NCBI GenBank assembly: GCA_002269645.1
Contig: NIVC01001574.1
Coordinates: forward strand, 1-64,000
Reading direction: 5' to 3'
DNA: 64,000 bases
From: Macrostomum lignano
Lineage: Eukaryota
Shown here: positions 46,778-58,900 of the stretch, piece after piece
How the letters are laid out: every line of letters starts with the position of its first letter
Numbering within the stretch: position 1 is the first letter of the stretch
Program-made: the position numbers and the translations under genes
Notes under the pieces: generated by a model
The model's database searches: none
Told to the model about the DNA's origin: nothing
The model's input: only the letters and a program-made list of their open reading frames with translations

Positions 46778-47810
46778 ATGTGCTCTGTAAGTGTGCTCAA
46801 AGCGGCCATCCTGCTGCTCGCTGCCCTCCATCCTCTCGCCGGAAACGTGCCAGCTGAGAGAACGTGGCGGCTGAGCCGAGACGGCCTGGCCGACTATGAG
46901 GCTGATGCTTCGTTTCCGGCACTGAGCGACATTGACTGCATGGCAACTGCAGGCTCGGACCCCGCTGTGCAGCTGGTGACGTTCAGCGCCAGCTCCGGCC
47001 TGTGCGCTCACTTCAGGTGTCGCCTGGGCCTGAGCCACTGCAGGAAGTGCCGCGATGCGAACAAGGGAGCTCAGAAAGTGTGGGTGAGTCACTCAGTTCG
47101 ATATTTCAAGCGTTACGGTGGCTTTAACACAGAAAATAATAACTGAAACACCTGCGTCACCTTGCAGACAACCGGCAGTGACTGCTGGACCACCGTGCAG
47201 CACAGGGTGTCCGGCTCAGTGGACTTTTACCGCAACTGGACTCAGTACCAGAGCGAGTTCGGCGAGGGACCCGACGGAAACTACTGGATCGGTGAGTGCA
47301 TCCCGGATCTGCTCCATTCGCTTCCTCTCCAACTCGGACTTCAATGACAAACACCGCCATGACGTCCGCATCTTCCCAGGCCTGAACTCTCTCCACGCTC
47401 TCACTGCTTCTGGTCCTCGGAAGCTGAGGATCCTGATGAAGGCGTGGAACGACTCTGAGCACTGGGCTGAGTACTCCAGCTTCTCCGTGGGTCCCGAGTC
47501 GGACAACTACCGGCTGAGCGTGTCCGGCTTCTCCGGCAGCGCCAGCATCGGCGACGCGATGTCTCCCCAGAGCGGCATGCAGTTCAGCACCAAGGACGCC
47601 GATCACGATACGCATTTCAACGGGAGCGGAAGCTGCGCGACTACCTACATTGGCGCCTGGTGGTTCTCCAGCTGCTTCGCCACCCACCCCAACGGACGGT
47701 ACAGAGACTTATCTTCAGCCATTGGCGGCCCATACGCCCAGGGTGTTATTTGGAAACATCCATTCGGCCATTACTACTCACTGATGGAGTTTGAAATGCT
47801 AGTTTTCTAA
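46778..47810 (+). CDS. Secreted fibrinogen-related (FReD) protein with a Cys-containing, PAN/apple-like N-terminus (286 aa). Exons 46778-47083, 47168-47291, 47380-47810
   Basis: Signal peptide, then [39 protein letters not shown]...[17 protein letters not shown]...[12 protein letters not shown]...SCA...[13 protein letters not shown]. Splice phases 0 and 1 are compatible. Confidence 0.92.
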
Positions 47811-48706
47811 CGTAGCAAAAGAATCGATGATGCAGTACCAAAGAGTTCTTCAAGTGTCTTATTCAAACTGGCGCGGAACTGTGTAATCGTTTAAAGGAAC
47901 GCTAAACGATTTGTTCGTTTGCTGGATGCCGGAAGGTCAAAATTTCCTTTAGTTGTTTCAGTTTCAGTTGAGCTCTCTTGAAAATTGACAAGTACAAAGT
48001 TGTTAACTCATAACCCCTTTGAATCACATGCTGCAGCAATCATTTCTGATGTGCCCACCAACTGCGTGAATGAACCATCATGCTTTAGTTAATAGCTGGA
48101 GTTGAGCATGAGCAATAGAGCAAAAACATAGTGACAGGGTTACAGAAGTTATGATAAAAACTGTTCATTTTTTAAACATGAGGGCACTTTGTGTTGGGAA
48201 ATGTTGGTAAATTTAAGGACCACTGCTTTTTATGTTATGAGCCCAACTTTTTGTTTTGTTCAATCTTGAAGTTAACCACTTGTCTACGACATCACTGGTA
48301 ATCATAAGGTTAATGCCACTTGTGAGTATTTACAACTTAAATTAAAGAAATGGTCATCTTAACTACCCAGATCAAATGCAATCATGGGTTATATGTGATG
48401 AAGAAATGATTTCTTCTATCTCCGCAGTGTATTTTAGCCGGGAAATAGGCCTCCAAAAACTATCCAATCTTTGAGACTTACATCCTGCGATACTACAGTA
48501 GTCCTTGGCTGCGTGGTGCGCGCACACCCTACTGATAAGTGAGTAGCAAAGCTCGCTTGTAGACTTGTCAGTAGTAAAATTCGTTTAACAAGTAAACACG
48601 CGATACAACACTGGCAAACAGAATGAAGTGACAGATTTATCCATATTAATTAAGAGTGCAAAAGGAACACAGAGTGAAGTGCAGCCCAGAGGCGCGCTGT
48701 CAGAGG

Positions 48707-48937
48707 CTACCAGCGGTAGACTCGATAACTCGCCGGCAGCGGCTTCCCAGGTGCCTTGGCCTCGGGTCCGAGGTCCATGTCCTCCTCGGCCATGGCCTCC
48801 TCCGGCTGCTGCTGGCCGGCCTCGGGCAGCGGCGCCGCGTCCTCCAGCTGGTCGGGCGCCCAGACGTCGGCCAGCGACAGGTCCGCCAGCAGAAACGCGG
48901 CGGTGGCGGCGGTGCACAGGTACCAAGCGAGCTTCAT
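48707..48937 (-). CDS. Small secreted peptide precursor 1 (76 aa)
   Basis: MKLAWYLCTAATAAFLLADLSLA|DVWAPDQ...acidic...GPEAK-APGKPLPASYRVYRW. TATA-like ctataaa ~50 bp upstream (48987-48993). Paralogue at 50548-50781. Confidence 0.8.
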   Translation of the reverse strand: MKLAWYLCTAATAAFLLADLSLADVWAPDQLEDAAPLPEAGQQQPEEAMAEEDMDLGPEAKAPGKPLPASYRVYRW

Positions 48938-49519
48938 GCTGAGATCTGAGCTGGGAGCTGCGAGCTGCAGCCTCGCGCACCTGAACTTTATAGAAGCGCA
49001 ATTTTTTTTCATTCACCTCACGTGGCTGAAAACGAGCGCGAAGCCGGGGACTGCTGGATGTTGCACTTGGACTGGCAATTAAAGTGGCTGAGACGAAGCA
49101 TTGGCGGTCTCCAGTCCAGGTCAGCTGACTAGACGTCCTTGCTTATCGCACAATGACTTCTTCAGCCTCGAGGCAAGAATTGCTGCATTGTCTGGCTTTG
49201 GTGGGCGCATCTTTTGAGCGGCACGATGGGACTCGCTTCAATTGAAAATGGAGGCATTGGGGGCTGTAAACAGCGACTCTAGAGGCACCTGCGGCAGACA
49301 CGTGAGTTCAGGCTCAGTAGTGGGCTCACATTGCTGCGGTGTTAAAGTATTTGCAAAATGCAACTGAATTTTCTCTGCTCGAAAAAAAATTCAACAGTAA
49401 ACACAACAGCTGCGACACAGAGAGAATAGTTAGCACAAGCGAAGAGAGAAGGGAGGTAGATAGGGAGATGGAAGTGAGGAGGTGGAGATGGAAAAGTACA
49501 GGAGAATTGGAGGGGAGAG

Positions 49520-50405
49520 GTAGAGGGAGGTAGAGGGAGACATAAGGGAGGCATACGGGGGGCAGAGGGGGCAGAGGAAAACAGAAGGCAGAGGGGGCAG
49601 AGGGGGCAGAGGAAAACAGAAGGCAGAGGAGGCAGAGGGGGCAGAGGAAAACAGAAGGCAGAGGGGGCAGAGGGGGCAGAGGAAAACAGAAGGCAGAGGA
49701 GGCAGAGGGGGCAGAGGAAAACAGAAGGCAGAGGGGGCAGAGGGGGCAGAGGGAAACAGGAGGCAAAGGGGGGCAGAGGGAAACAGGAGGCAAAGGGGGG
49801 CAGAGGGAAACAGGAGGCAGAGGGGGGCAGAGGGAAACAGGAGGCAGAGGGGGGCAGAGGGAAACAGGAGGCAGAGGCGGCAGAGGGGGGCAGCGGAAAC
49901 AGGAAGCAGAGGGGGCAGAGGGAAACAGGAGGCAGAGGGGGCAGAGGGGCAGGGGAAACAGGAGGCAGAGGGGGGCAGAGGGAAACAGGAGGCAGAGGAG
50001 GCAGAGGGGGCAGAGGGGCAGGGGGAAACAGGAGGCAGAGGGGGGGCAGAGGGAAACAGGAGGCAGAGGGGGGGGCAGAGGGAAACAGGAGGCAGAGGGG
50101 GGCAGAGGAAAACAGGAGGTAGAGGGGGCAGAGAGGGCAGAGGGGGCAGAGGGAAACAGGAGGCAGAGGGGCAGAGAGGGCAGAGGGGGCAGAGGGAAAC
50201 AGGAGGCAGAGGGGGCAGAGAGGGCAGAGGGGCAGAGGGAAACAGGAAGCAGAGGGGGGCAGAGGGAAACAGGAGGCAGAGGGGGGCAGAGGGGCAGAGG
50301 GGGGCAGAGGGAAACAGGAAGCAGAGGGGGGCAGAGGGAAACAGGAGGCAAAGGGGGGCAGAGGGAAACAGGAGGCAGAGGGGGGCAGAGAGAGGCAGAG
50401 TGGGA
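49520..50405. repeat. G/A-rich tandem repeat between the two peptide genes
   Basis: gggggcagagggaaacaggaggcaga-type units. Confidence 0.92.
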
Positions 50406-50547
50406 GGGGCAGCGGGAGGTAGAAGAAACAAAGACCTGGTGAAAAAGCTTTAACTAATTGTTTAGCTAGTCAGCAACAGTGTATATATATTTATGTATTT
50501 ATTAGTCAAAGCTTAAGCGGCAGTTCACCGTTACAAAAGAGAGTCGA

Positions 50548-50781
50548 TCAGTTAAAATATCGGTTTCGATACACTGGAGGAGGCCGCCCGGGAAACTTGG
50601 CCTCAGGTCCAGCATCTTCGAGGTCTTCCTCATCTGGAGTCCAGTCTCCTGCCACCGGCTGGTCATCAGGCAGTGGCGCAGCGCCGTTCGCGAGCTCCTG
50701 GTCGGGCGCCCAGACCTCGGCCAGAGCCGGACTTGACAGAAGCTGCAGCAGCAGCAGGGCGGCAGCGAGTCGGCACTTCAT
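50548..50781 (-). CDS. Small secreted peptide precursor 2 (77 aa)
   Basis: MKCRLAAALLLLQLLSSPALA|EVWAPDQ...acidic...GPEAK-FPGRPPPVYRNRYFN. AATAAA on the minus strand at ~50497-50502. Confidence 0.8.
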   Translation of the reverse strand: MKCRLAAALLLLQLLSSPALAEVWAPDQELANGAAPLPDDQPVAGDWTPDEEDLEDAGPEAKFPGRPPPVYRNRYFN

Positions 50782-51254
50782 CGGGCTCAGAGTTTCTCCG
50801 CAAGCAGTTTTATGCCCAGCTGTATTTGCCACAGACTGACTCAGTGCTTGAGTGAGTTAAGTGAGCAGAGAGTCGCCTCAGGCATATTTGAAAGCGTGAG
50901 CTTTTAAATGAGCTTTGATACTCGTGTTCTCGTAATTGCGCTCGGAGCGAAGATACGCAGCGAGCGTGAGTACAATAGCAGAATGAGGTCAAGCAGAGCA
51001 GATTTAACCTGGCATGATGGAAGTCAAGCGGCTAATCCTACACTAACGATTAAGATTGAGCCGTTAATGACAGAACGACTTTCGATTGACTCGTGTGATC
51101 AAGCTCAACAATTTGTCTGCGAGTCCAGAACTTGGCCTTTTGGCTCGTAACTTGTAAAGTTGTAGGGCTTGCGTGCTTTATAAACGATTGCAACTTGCAG
51201 TGACTACTATAGTAATAAGAGACAAGCACCAGTAACTAAACAAGTCTCTCAGTC

Positions 51255-52035
51255 CCAACCCCCAGTCCCCTCAATCCCAACCTCTCAATTCCCAAAACCC
51301 TCAATTCCAACCCCTCAGTCCAACCCCCAGTCCCCTCAATTCCAACCCCTCAGTCCAACCCCCAGTCCCCTCAATTCCAACCCCTCAGTCCAACCCCCAG
51401 TCCCCTCAATTCCAACCCCTCAGTCCAACCCCCAGTTCCCTCAATTCCAACCCCTCAGTCCAACCCCCAGTCCCCTCAATTCCAACCCCTCAATTCCAAC
51501 CCCTCAGTCCAACCCCCAGTCCCCTCAATTCCAACCCCGCAGTCCAACCCCCAGTCCCCTCAATTCCAACCCCTCAATTCCCAAAACCCTCAATTCCAAC
51601 CCCTCAGTCCAACCCCCAGTCCCCTCAATTCCAACCCCGCAGTCCAACCCCCAGTCCCCTCAATTCCAACCCCTCAGTCCAACCCCCAGTCCCCTCAATT
51701 CCAACCTCTCAATTCCCAAAACCCTCAATTCCAACCCCTCAGTCCAACCCCCAGTCCCCTCAATTCCAACCCCTCATTCAATCCCAATCCCTCAATTCCA
51801 ACCCCTCAATTCCAACCCCTCATTCAATTCCAACCCCTCATTCAATTCCAATCCCTCAATTCCAACCCCTCATTCAATTCCAATCTCTCAATTCCAACCC
51901 CTCAATCCCAACCCATCAGTCCCAACCCATCAGTCCCAACCCATCAGTCCCAACCCATCAGTCCCAACCCATTCGTCCCAACCCATCAGTCCGAATCCCT
52001 CGGTCCAACCCCCAGTCCCAACCTCAAGTCCCAAC
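51255..52035. repeat. C-rich tandem repeat
   Basis: ccaacccccagtcccctcaatt / ccaacccctcagt units. Confidence 0.92.
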
Positions 52036-52915
52036 CAGAGCATTTCCCAGCCTTTCTGAGCCATTAACTAGATTTTGCATCAACAGGAGAGTTGATCAGT
52101 AACACTAGAAAGTTGTTATCGATACATATCGGAGACTACCTGAACCAGCTCAGCCGTCTGAGGTCTCAAATTATTGAGAAAGTTGAGAGAGCTCAGAGAT
52201 AAGCTGTATAAAGGAAGCAGCCAGGATATTTTCTATTGCACAGCTAACCAGAAATCAAATTAGCACAGCTGGTACACAATTAAATTTCGCTGAATTATAT
52301 TAGTCAAATTTTTGCAATAACAAAGACTAGAATTGAAACAGGATAAGCACAAATAACAGGCTGTGTATTATTCAAGGTCAAGGCGGGCATGTAAATAAAT
52401 TGCAAATTCATCTGAATAAAACATAAAATTCTACCAGTCAGTAATCATACTATACTGAATAGGGGAAATGAGTAGTCAAAATTTTGAACAATTTTTTGTA
52501 CAAATTTGCAATGCCAGTCAAGCAGTTGTGACCAGATATGACAGTAATAGGGGCAATAAATCACTGAGATTCAATCCCGATTATCATGCACTCTTTACGA
52601 AGTTTAATTCGCTACATATCGGCAATATACCGGTAGATTAATATTACTTTTCGAGAATCTAGGGAATGATGATGTTTGTAATCTAGCTGAAGAGTAATAA
52701 TGTTATGGGACGGGGAAGCTTAGATGCATTAAAGCTGGGGGATGATGAAACTGGGAGATGATGAAGCTTGGGGGATGATGACGCTCGGGGATGATGAAGC
52801 TGGAACGTGAAATAAAGATAACGTGGGTCACAATTAAACGAAGAACGCCAGCAACGGACAGAAGGCTGCAACAGTTTAGGTGCAAATGTCCACCAAAATC
52901 GCAACCCCCCAGTTC

Positions 52916-55900
52916 TCAGTGAGTCTCCTTGGCCAGCCAGTCCACCTTGGCCCGGCGCAGGTGGTACAGCTGCCTGGCCTCCGAGTACTGCCGGACAAAG
53001 CCGGCCATGTCCAGACTGCCTGTGGCCAGAGCCTCGGCCACCGACTCTGCCTGCTCATCCGCCTCCATGCAGGCGGCCTCCAGCAGGGTGAGCAGCGTGT
53101 CCGGGCTGGCCGCCGAGTTCAGCGACTCCAGCCGGCTGCGCGTTTCCAACAGAATAGCGCGCTGAGCGTCGGCCTCGTCCGACAGCGCGGCCAGGCGGCG
53201 CCGGCTCTCCTCGATGCGCGGCCCCAGGGCGAAATTCAGCTCGGCCGTCTGCCGGTTGGCCGCCATGGCCGTCTGCTTGGCCTGGCCGAGCTGCTGCAAC
53301 TGCAGGGTCGGGGTCTCAGTGAGATCTCTAGCTGAGACTCGCGAGGTGAGAGTCTAGGTGAGTCTGGTTGAGAGTCTAGGTGAGTCTGGGTGAGAGTCTA
53401 GGTGAGTCTGGGTGAGAGTCTAGGTGAGTCTGGGTGAGAGTCTAGGTGAGTCTGGGTGAGAGTCTAGGTGAGTCTAGTGAGAGTCTAGGTGAGTCTGGGT
53501 GAGAGTCAAGGTGAGTCTGGGTGAGAGTCAAGGTGAGTCTGGGCGAGAGTCTAGGTGAGTCTGAATGAGAGTCTAGGTGAGTCTGGGTGAGAGTCTAGGT
53601 GAGTCTGGGTGAGAGTCTAGGTGAGTCTGAATGAGAGTCTAGGTGAGTCTGAATGAGAGTCAAGGTGAGTCTAGGTGAGTCTAGGTGAGTCTGGGTGAGT
53701 CTGTCTGCATGCAAGGCGGGTACAGCACGCCTGTGTAGCATGAGACAGACTAGGCCTACGGGCTAAGGTCTGCGATCCTACACACCTGCACCCCCTCTAT
53801 TCTGGTGCAGGAATGGCTGGAGAACTCTCTCCAAGCTGACTCGCAAGCCGACCCAGGGGTTCACGCCCCGCATGTGTTCAAGGCAGCCCTAGGGCTGCTG
53901 GACTGACTGGGCTCCGGCGGCGGCAACCCATCCGTGGCCTTTTGGCCAAGTTGGGTACGGGCTCCGCCCGGAAGTGAACCTGTGCGTATCAGGTACCTCT
54001 GGCCACGGCTCTGAGGAACAGGTACCACCCTCTGACCTTAACAGGGTATGCGGCCAGTCCGCAGGCTCCGGAGGCAGTCCTCCTGCTTCCCTCAAGGGCC
54101 CAGTGTAGTACCGCGCTGATGGTCCTTTGGTTCGGCCTCTGGTTTTTCCAAGCCGGGCTCCTAGCCGGGGAGTTTCTCGGTTGCTAGCGGTCGGGCCGGT
54201 ACGGGCTTAAGCCACCCCCCGGTCGCTACCTCTTGGCCTGGTTGTTGGGTTTGGGGTTACGGCCCAGCGGCTTCTCACCTTTAGTCCCCACTCGCCTTTC
54301 AGCGACTCATGGAGTATTCATTTACCTCCGACACGTCCGAGGCTGCTGGAGCACCAACCGAGGTTGGCACCGCGGCCCAGCCGGACATTCGCAACACCGG
54401 AACCCCCGGTGCCTCTCAATCTGCCGCTGCAGCCGCTCAGGATAATACCGGAGTGGCTGGACAAGACAGCGGACCTCAGATTTCGAAAAAGAAGGCCCGT
54501 AGCATTGCTCGCTACAAAGCCTTCCTCCAGCGCAAAGCGGAGGAACGGAGGAATGCGAAAGCCGCCCCTCCGGCCACCTCTGAGGAGGGTGCCGGTAACT
54601 ATGCGAACCCCGCGGAGGAGACGACATCCGACAAGGGGGTGGACCCCGCGCGCCGGTCTGATGCGTCAGGTGCCGCCGAAGCTCCTGGTACGGCTGGCCC
54701 CTCCCGTGACCGGACCTCTGCCCGTGTGGAAGCTCCCACGGCCGTGGAGGGATCCAAAGCGGGGGGCGCTGGCCAAACCACAAAGCCGAAGCGAACCTAC
54801 GCGGCTATGGCCAAAAGGCAGCCGGCCCTGGTTATCCAAGGCCAGGAGACGCCTCTTACGGCCGAACAGCTCGATCTTATCTGGCGCAGGTTGGACTCCC
54901 ACCTGGTCAAGATGGCCTTGAGCGGCACTACTATTCGAGTCCAAAAGACGAAAGTCGAGGACCAAGCCCTCTATATCCAGCCCACCGACAGCCAGTCAGG
55001 ACAGCAGCTCCTCGAGCTGCTGAAAACCTTCGACTGGGGTACGGAGCTGGAGAACCTGTTCATCTACAGGGAGGACGAGCGACCCCGGACACACCGGCAC
55101 CGTGCCTGGATCCCGGCTCGCAGCTGCATCACCAAGGCCGACGAGCTGCGTCACCTGCTAGTGGCTTCCAACCCGGAGCTACCGGCCAACGGTGTCGTAG
55201 TTCACGAGACCATCTCCAAGCCGGGCGGAGACGGTTTCACGGCTATTCTTGGACTGTCGGATAGCTGGATGCTCCGCTACCCGGACATGTCCATCATCTC
55301 TGTCGGGCTGTTGCAGATTCAGCTCTTTAGCTTTGAGTCTGACGCCACCCGCCCACCGCCCCCGGAGAAGCGTAAGCGGGCAGTCGGGGGCTCTGCCGGG
55401 CGGAAACGCCCAGGAAAAGAAGCTCCCGGTCGTCACGACCCCTCCGAGGACGTGGACCCTGTCAGAGGGAAAGCCGCGAAAGCTGCAGCAACAGGCGGAC
55501 GTGGAAAGGGCCGGAAACCCGCCCGGAACACTATCCGCTCTGGTCTGACTCAGCGCGCGAAGCAGCTGCTGGACACCGCCAAGGCCCCCAACCGCAGCCA
55601 CCCCCAGCCCAGTGTCACCACTGCGGCCCCCCCGGAAAACCGGGCCGAGAGCGAGAATGCCGCCCAGGTAGCGACCTCTCCCTCGACCATGGAATCCATC
55701 CGGGAGGAGCCCATGGAGCTGGAGCCTGGAGCTATCGGCGAGGCAGAAGAGGCAGCTCTCCTGCACAACTCGCCTTGAGCCGGCAGGAAGCTGCGCGGAC
55801 CACTCGTGGAATTCCCGGAGTGGACATCCTGCAGCTTAACCTGCACCACTGCATCGCGGCCTCGACCAACCTGATGCGGGTGGCAAACTTTGCGAAACCG

Positions 55901-58900
55901 GGCATCATCCTACTCCAGGAGCCCTGGACAAAGAAAGGTAAGATTCCGAATATTCCTGCTGGTTTTGACTGTTTTCAAGACCCCCAAAACCCCAGAGCAG
56001 CCATTTTCGTATCTACCCACCTCAAAGCTTGGCACAGACCGGACCTCTCTGACAGAGACCTCTGTGTCATTCAATCCAACCACATTATCACCAACCGCAC
56101 GGTCATCATCGCCTCGATCTATATCCCTGGCGATGGCCCCGCGGTTCCACCCAACCTCACCTCCCTCGTGGACTACTGCTCTAACCGTAGGTTCGAGCTG
56201 CTGGTGGCGGGCGACATCAACGCTCACCATACCCACTGGGGCAGTAATACTTCCAATAGCAGAGGCGAGGAACTCCTTGCTTACATCTGCACCACCAACA
56301 CTGAGTTTTGCAACATTGGTGGAACCCCCACCTTTGACAACGGGCGATGGACGGAGGCCCTCGACGTTACCCTCGTCTCCCATGGCTTGGCTCCTTTAGT
56401 CAAGGACTGGGAGGTGTGGGACGAAGAGGAGTCTCTGTCTGACCATCGCTTCGTTCGTTTTCGTTTGCAATCCTCTTGCCCCAAGCCTCACATTCTGTGG
56501 AAAAGGAACGTCCGGAACACTGATTGGACGGCTTTCACGGAAACCCTGAAATGCCAGACAGATCAGCTGACTACCGTCGCTCCAACCACCTGTCAGGAAG
56601 TGGATGACCTTGCAGACTTGCTCAGCAAGACCGTCCTGACAGCCCATGAGGCTTCCTGTCCTCTTAAAGCCTACAAAGGCAAAAAATCCGCCCCCTGGTG
56701 GCACCCGGCGCTCGGATCCCTCCGGCGCAAGGCAAAGTGCCTCCAACGGAAAGCTCGCAAGAGCAAGGACCCAGCTGACCTGGCCGCCTATCAAGAAGCG
56801 ATCCGCGACTTTAAGCGTGAAATCAGGAAAGCCAAGTCCGACAAATGGCGCCAATACTGCGCGGAGTTAGAAGGCACCCGCCCTACTTCGCGCGTAGTTA
56901 AGGCTCTCACCCTCGACAAAATGTCAAAGCTCTCAGTCATTAAAAGACCGGACGGCCGGCTCGCTGAGAACCCTGGGGAATCGCTGGACATTATGCTCAC
57001 CAGCTCTTTCCCACGTGCCGCACCGCAGCTAGGCCCACCGGACCACTCTCCGGGCGGACAGATCCTGGCTTCGACCATCATTACTAGAGAGAGGACGGCT
57101 CGCGCCGCAAAATCCTTCTCTCCTTTCAAGTCCCCGGGTCCTGACAACATTTATCCTGCCTTCCTTCATGAGGCAGTTAAAAATGACAGGTTTCTCGGCC
57201 TCCTCTGCAACCTCTTCAAGGCCAGCATTACCCTCGGGTATGTGCCAAAAGCCTGGCAAGAGGCTACGGTAGTCTTCATACCCAAGCCAGGAAAGGGAGA
57301 CTATCACTCCGCCAAAGCTTACCGCCCTATCAGTCTGACGTCCTTCTTCCTCAAACTGATGGAACGGCTGGTGCTCTGGCGCCTTCTCCTCGTTGAGCTG
57401 AGGAACTCCCCGCTCTCCCCTAATCAGCACGCCTTTCGTCCTGGACGTTCCATCGAAAGTGCGCTGCACGCCATTGTCGACAAGCTGGAGCGCGCCGTGC
57501 TTGGCAGTGGATACGCGCTGTCGCTTTTCCTCGACATTGATGGTGCTTTTAACAATGTGCTCTTTGAAGCCTTTAAGCGAGCCCTGGAATCCCGGGGCAC
57601 GCACGAGCACCTCACCCGCTGGATCATGTACATGGTCTCCCATCGTACTGCCACCTCGCACCTCCTAGGACACTCACGCTCCGTGGAAGTCCAGAAAGGC
57701 GGACCGCAAGGTGGAGTCCTCAGCCCGATCCTCTGGAACTTAGTCATGGACGAGCTGCTTTGCAGCCCGCATCCGGACCCTGTTCAGAAGGTCGGCTATG
57801 CGGACGATGTTACCGCCACTGTGGCTGGACCATCGCCCGAGATCCTCAGGGACCTCCTTCAAGCCTTCATCCACCGTGCCGAGCGCTGGGCACATAGCTG
57901 CGGTCTCAGGTTCTCTGAGTCTAAAACCGTGGCTATCATGTTCACCAGCCGCCGAAACTGGAGGATCGAACCGCTCTCCCTCTACGGCAAACCTGTTGCC
58001 ATGGAGAAACAAACTAGATGTCTGGGCGTCACCCTCGACCACAGGTTGAGCTGGACCCCGCACGTCCAAACTAAAGCCCGCAAAGCTCTCGCGACTCTCG
58101 CGCAGATCCGCAGAGCTTTCGGTGCTACCTGGGGCCTCACCCCCGCCGCCTCTGGTGGATTTACACTGCCATTGTTAGACCGGCCATCTCCTTCGCCGGC
58201 TTCATTTGGAACAGTGCCCTAGAGGTGAAAGGGGTTCTTGAGGTTTTAAATAGGGTGCAAGGCCGCGCTTGTCGAGCTATCATGAGCGCGGCTCCCTCAA
58301 CGCCCTTCGCTGGCATGAACTCCTTCTTGGACATTCCCCCCTCGACCTCTTTGTTAGAGGGGAGGCTATGAAAACCACCCGTCGTCTGCTTGACGCGGGT
58401 GTCTAAATCCAGAAGCAGTTTGCCTTCAGAAAGCGGAACCTCCGGCCGCATGGCGACCTCAGCCTGCGAGACCTGGAAGCAGCGAGAGGCCTGCTGACCC
58501 TCTCGGACGGAATCCCGTCCACGCTCTGCCCCCCGCTCAAATTCAAAACCAGCATTCCACCACGCCATGAAGCGAGAGACAACTGGAAACCCCATGAAAT
58601 CCACTGCTTCACTGACGGGTCCCAAATCAACTCCGCCTCTGGATACGGCTACTGCATCGTGTCTGGAGGGAGAACTGTGGCGACCTTCTCCCAACACACC
58701 GGCACCTGCTCCACCGTCTTCTAGAACGAAGTTCTCGCCATCAGCTCCTGCGCCATGGAGCTGTACAATCAGCGCGTCTGGGGGAAGGAAATTACCCTCC
58801 ACTCGGACAGTCAAGCGCGATTCACGCCCTTGAGCGCACCACCACCTGCTCGCGTACAGTCCTCGACTGCATCGGGCAGCTCAACCGCTTAGGCGCCTCC

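Noticed and set aside
54322-58069. Antisense and alternative-frame ORFs over the LINE and over the MACPF exon
   Set aside because: These are shadow ORFs of GC-rich coding sequence with no motifs of their own.
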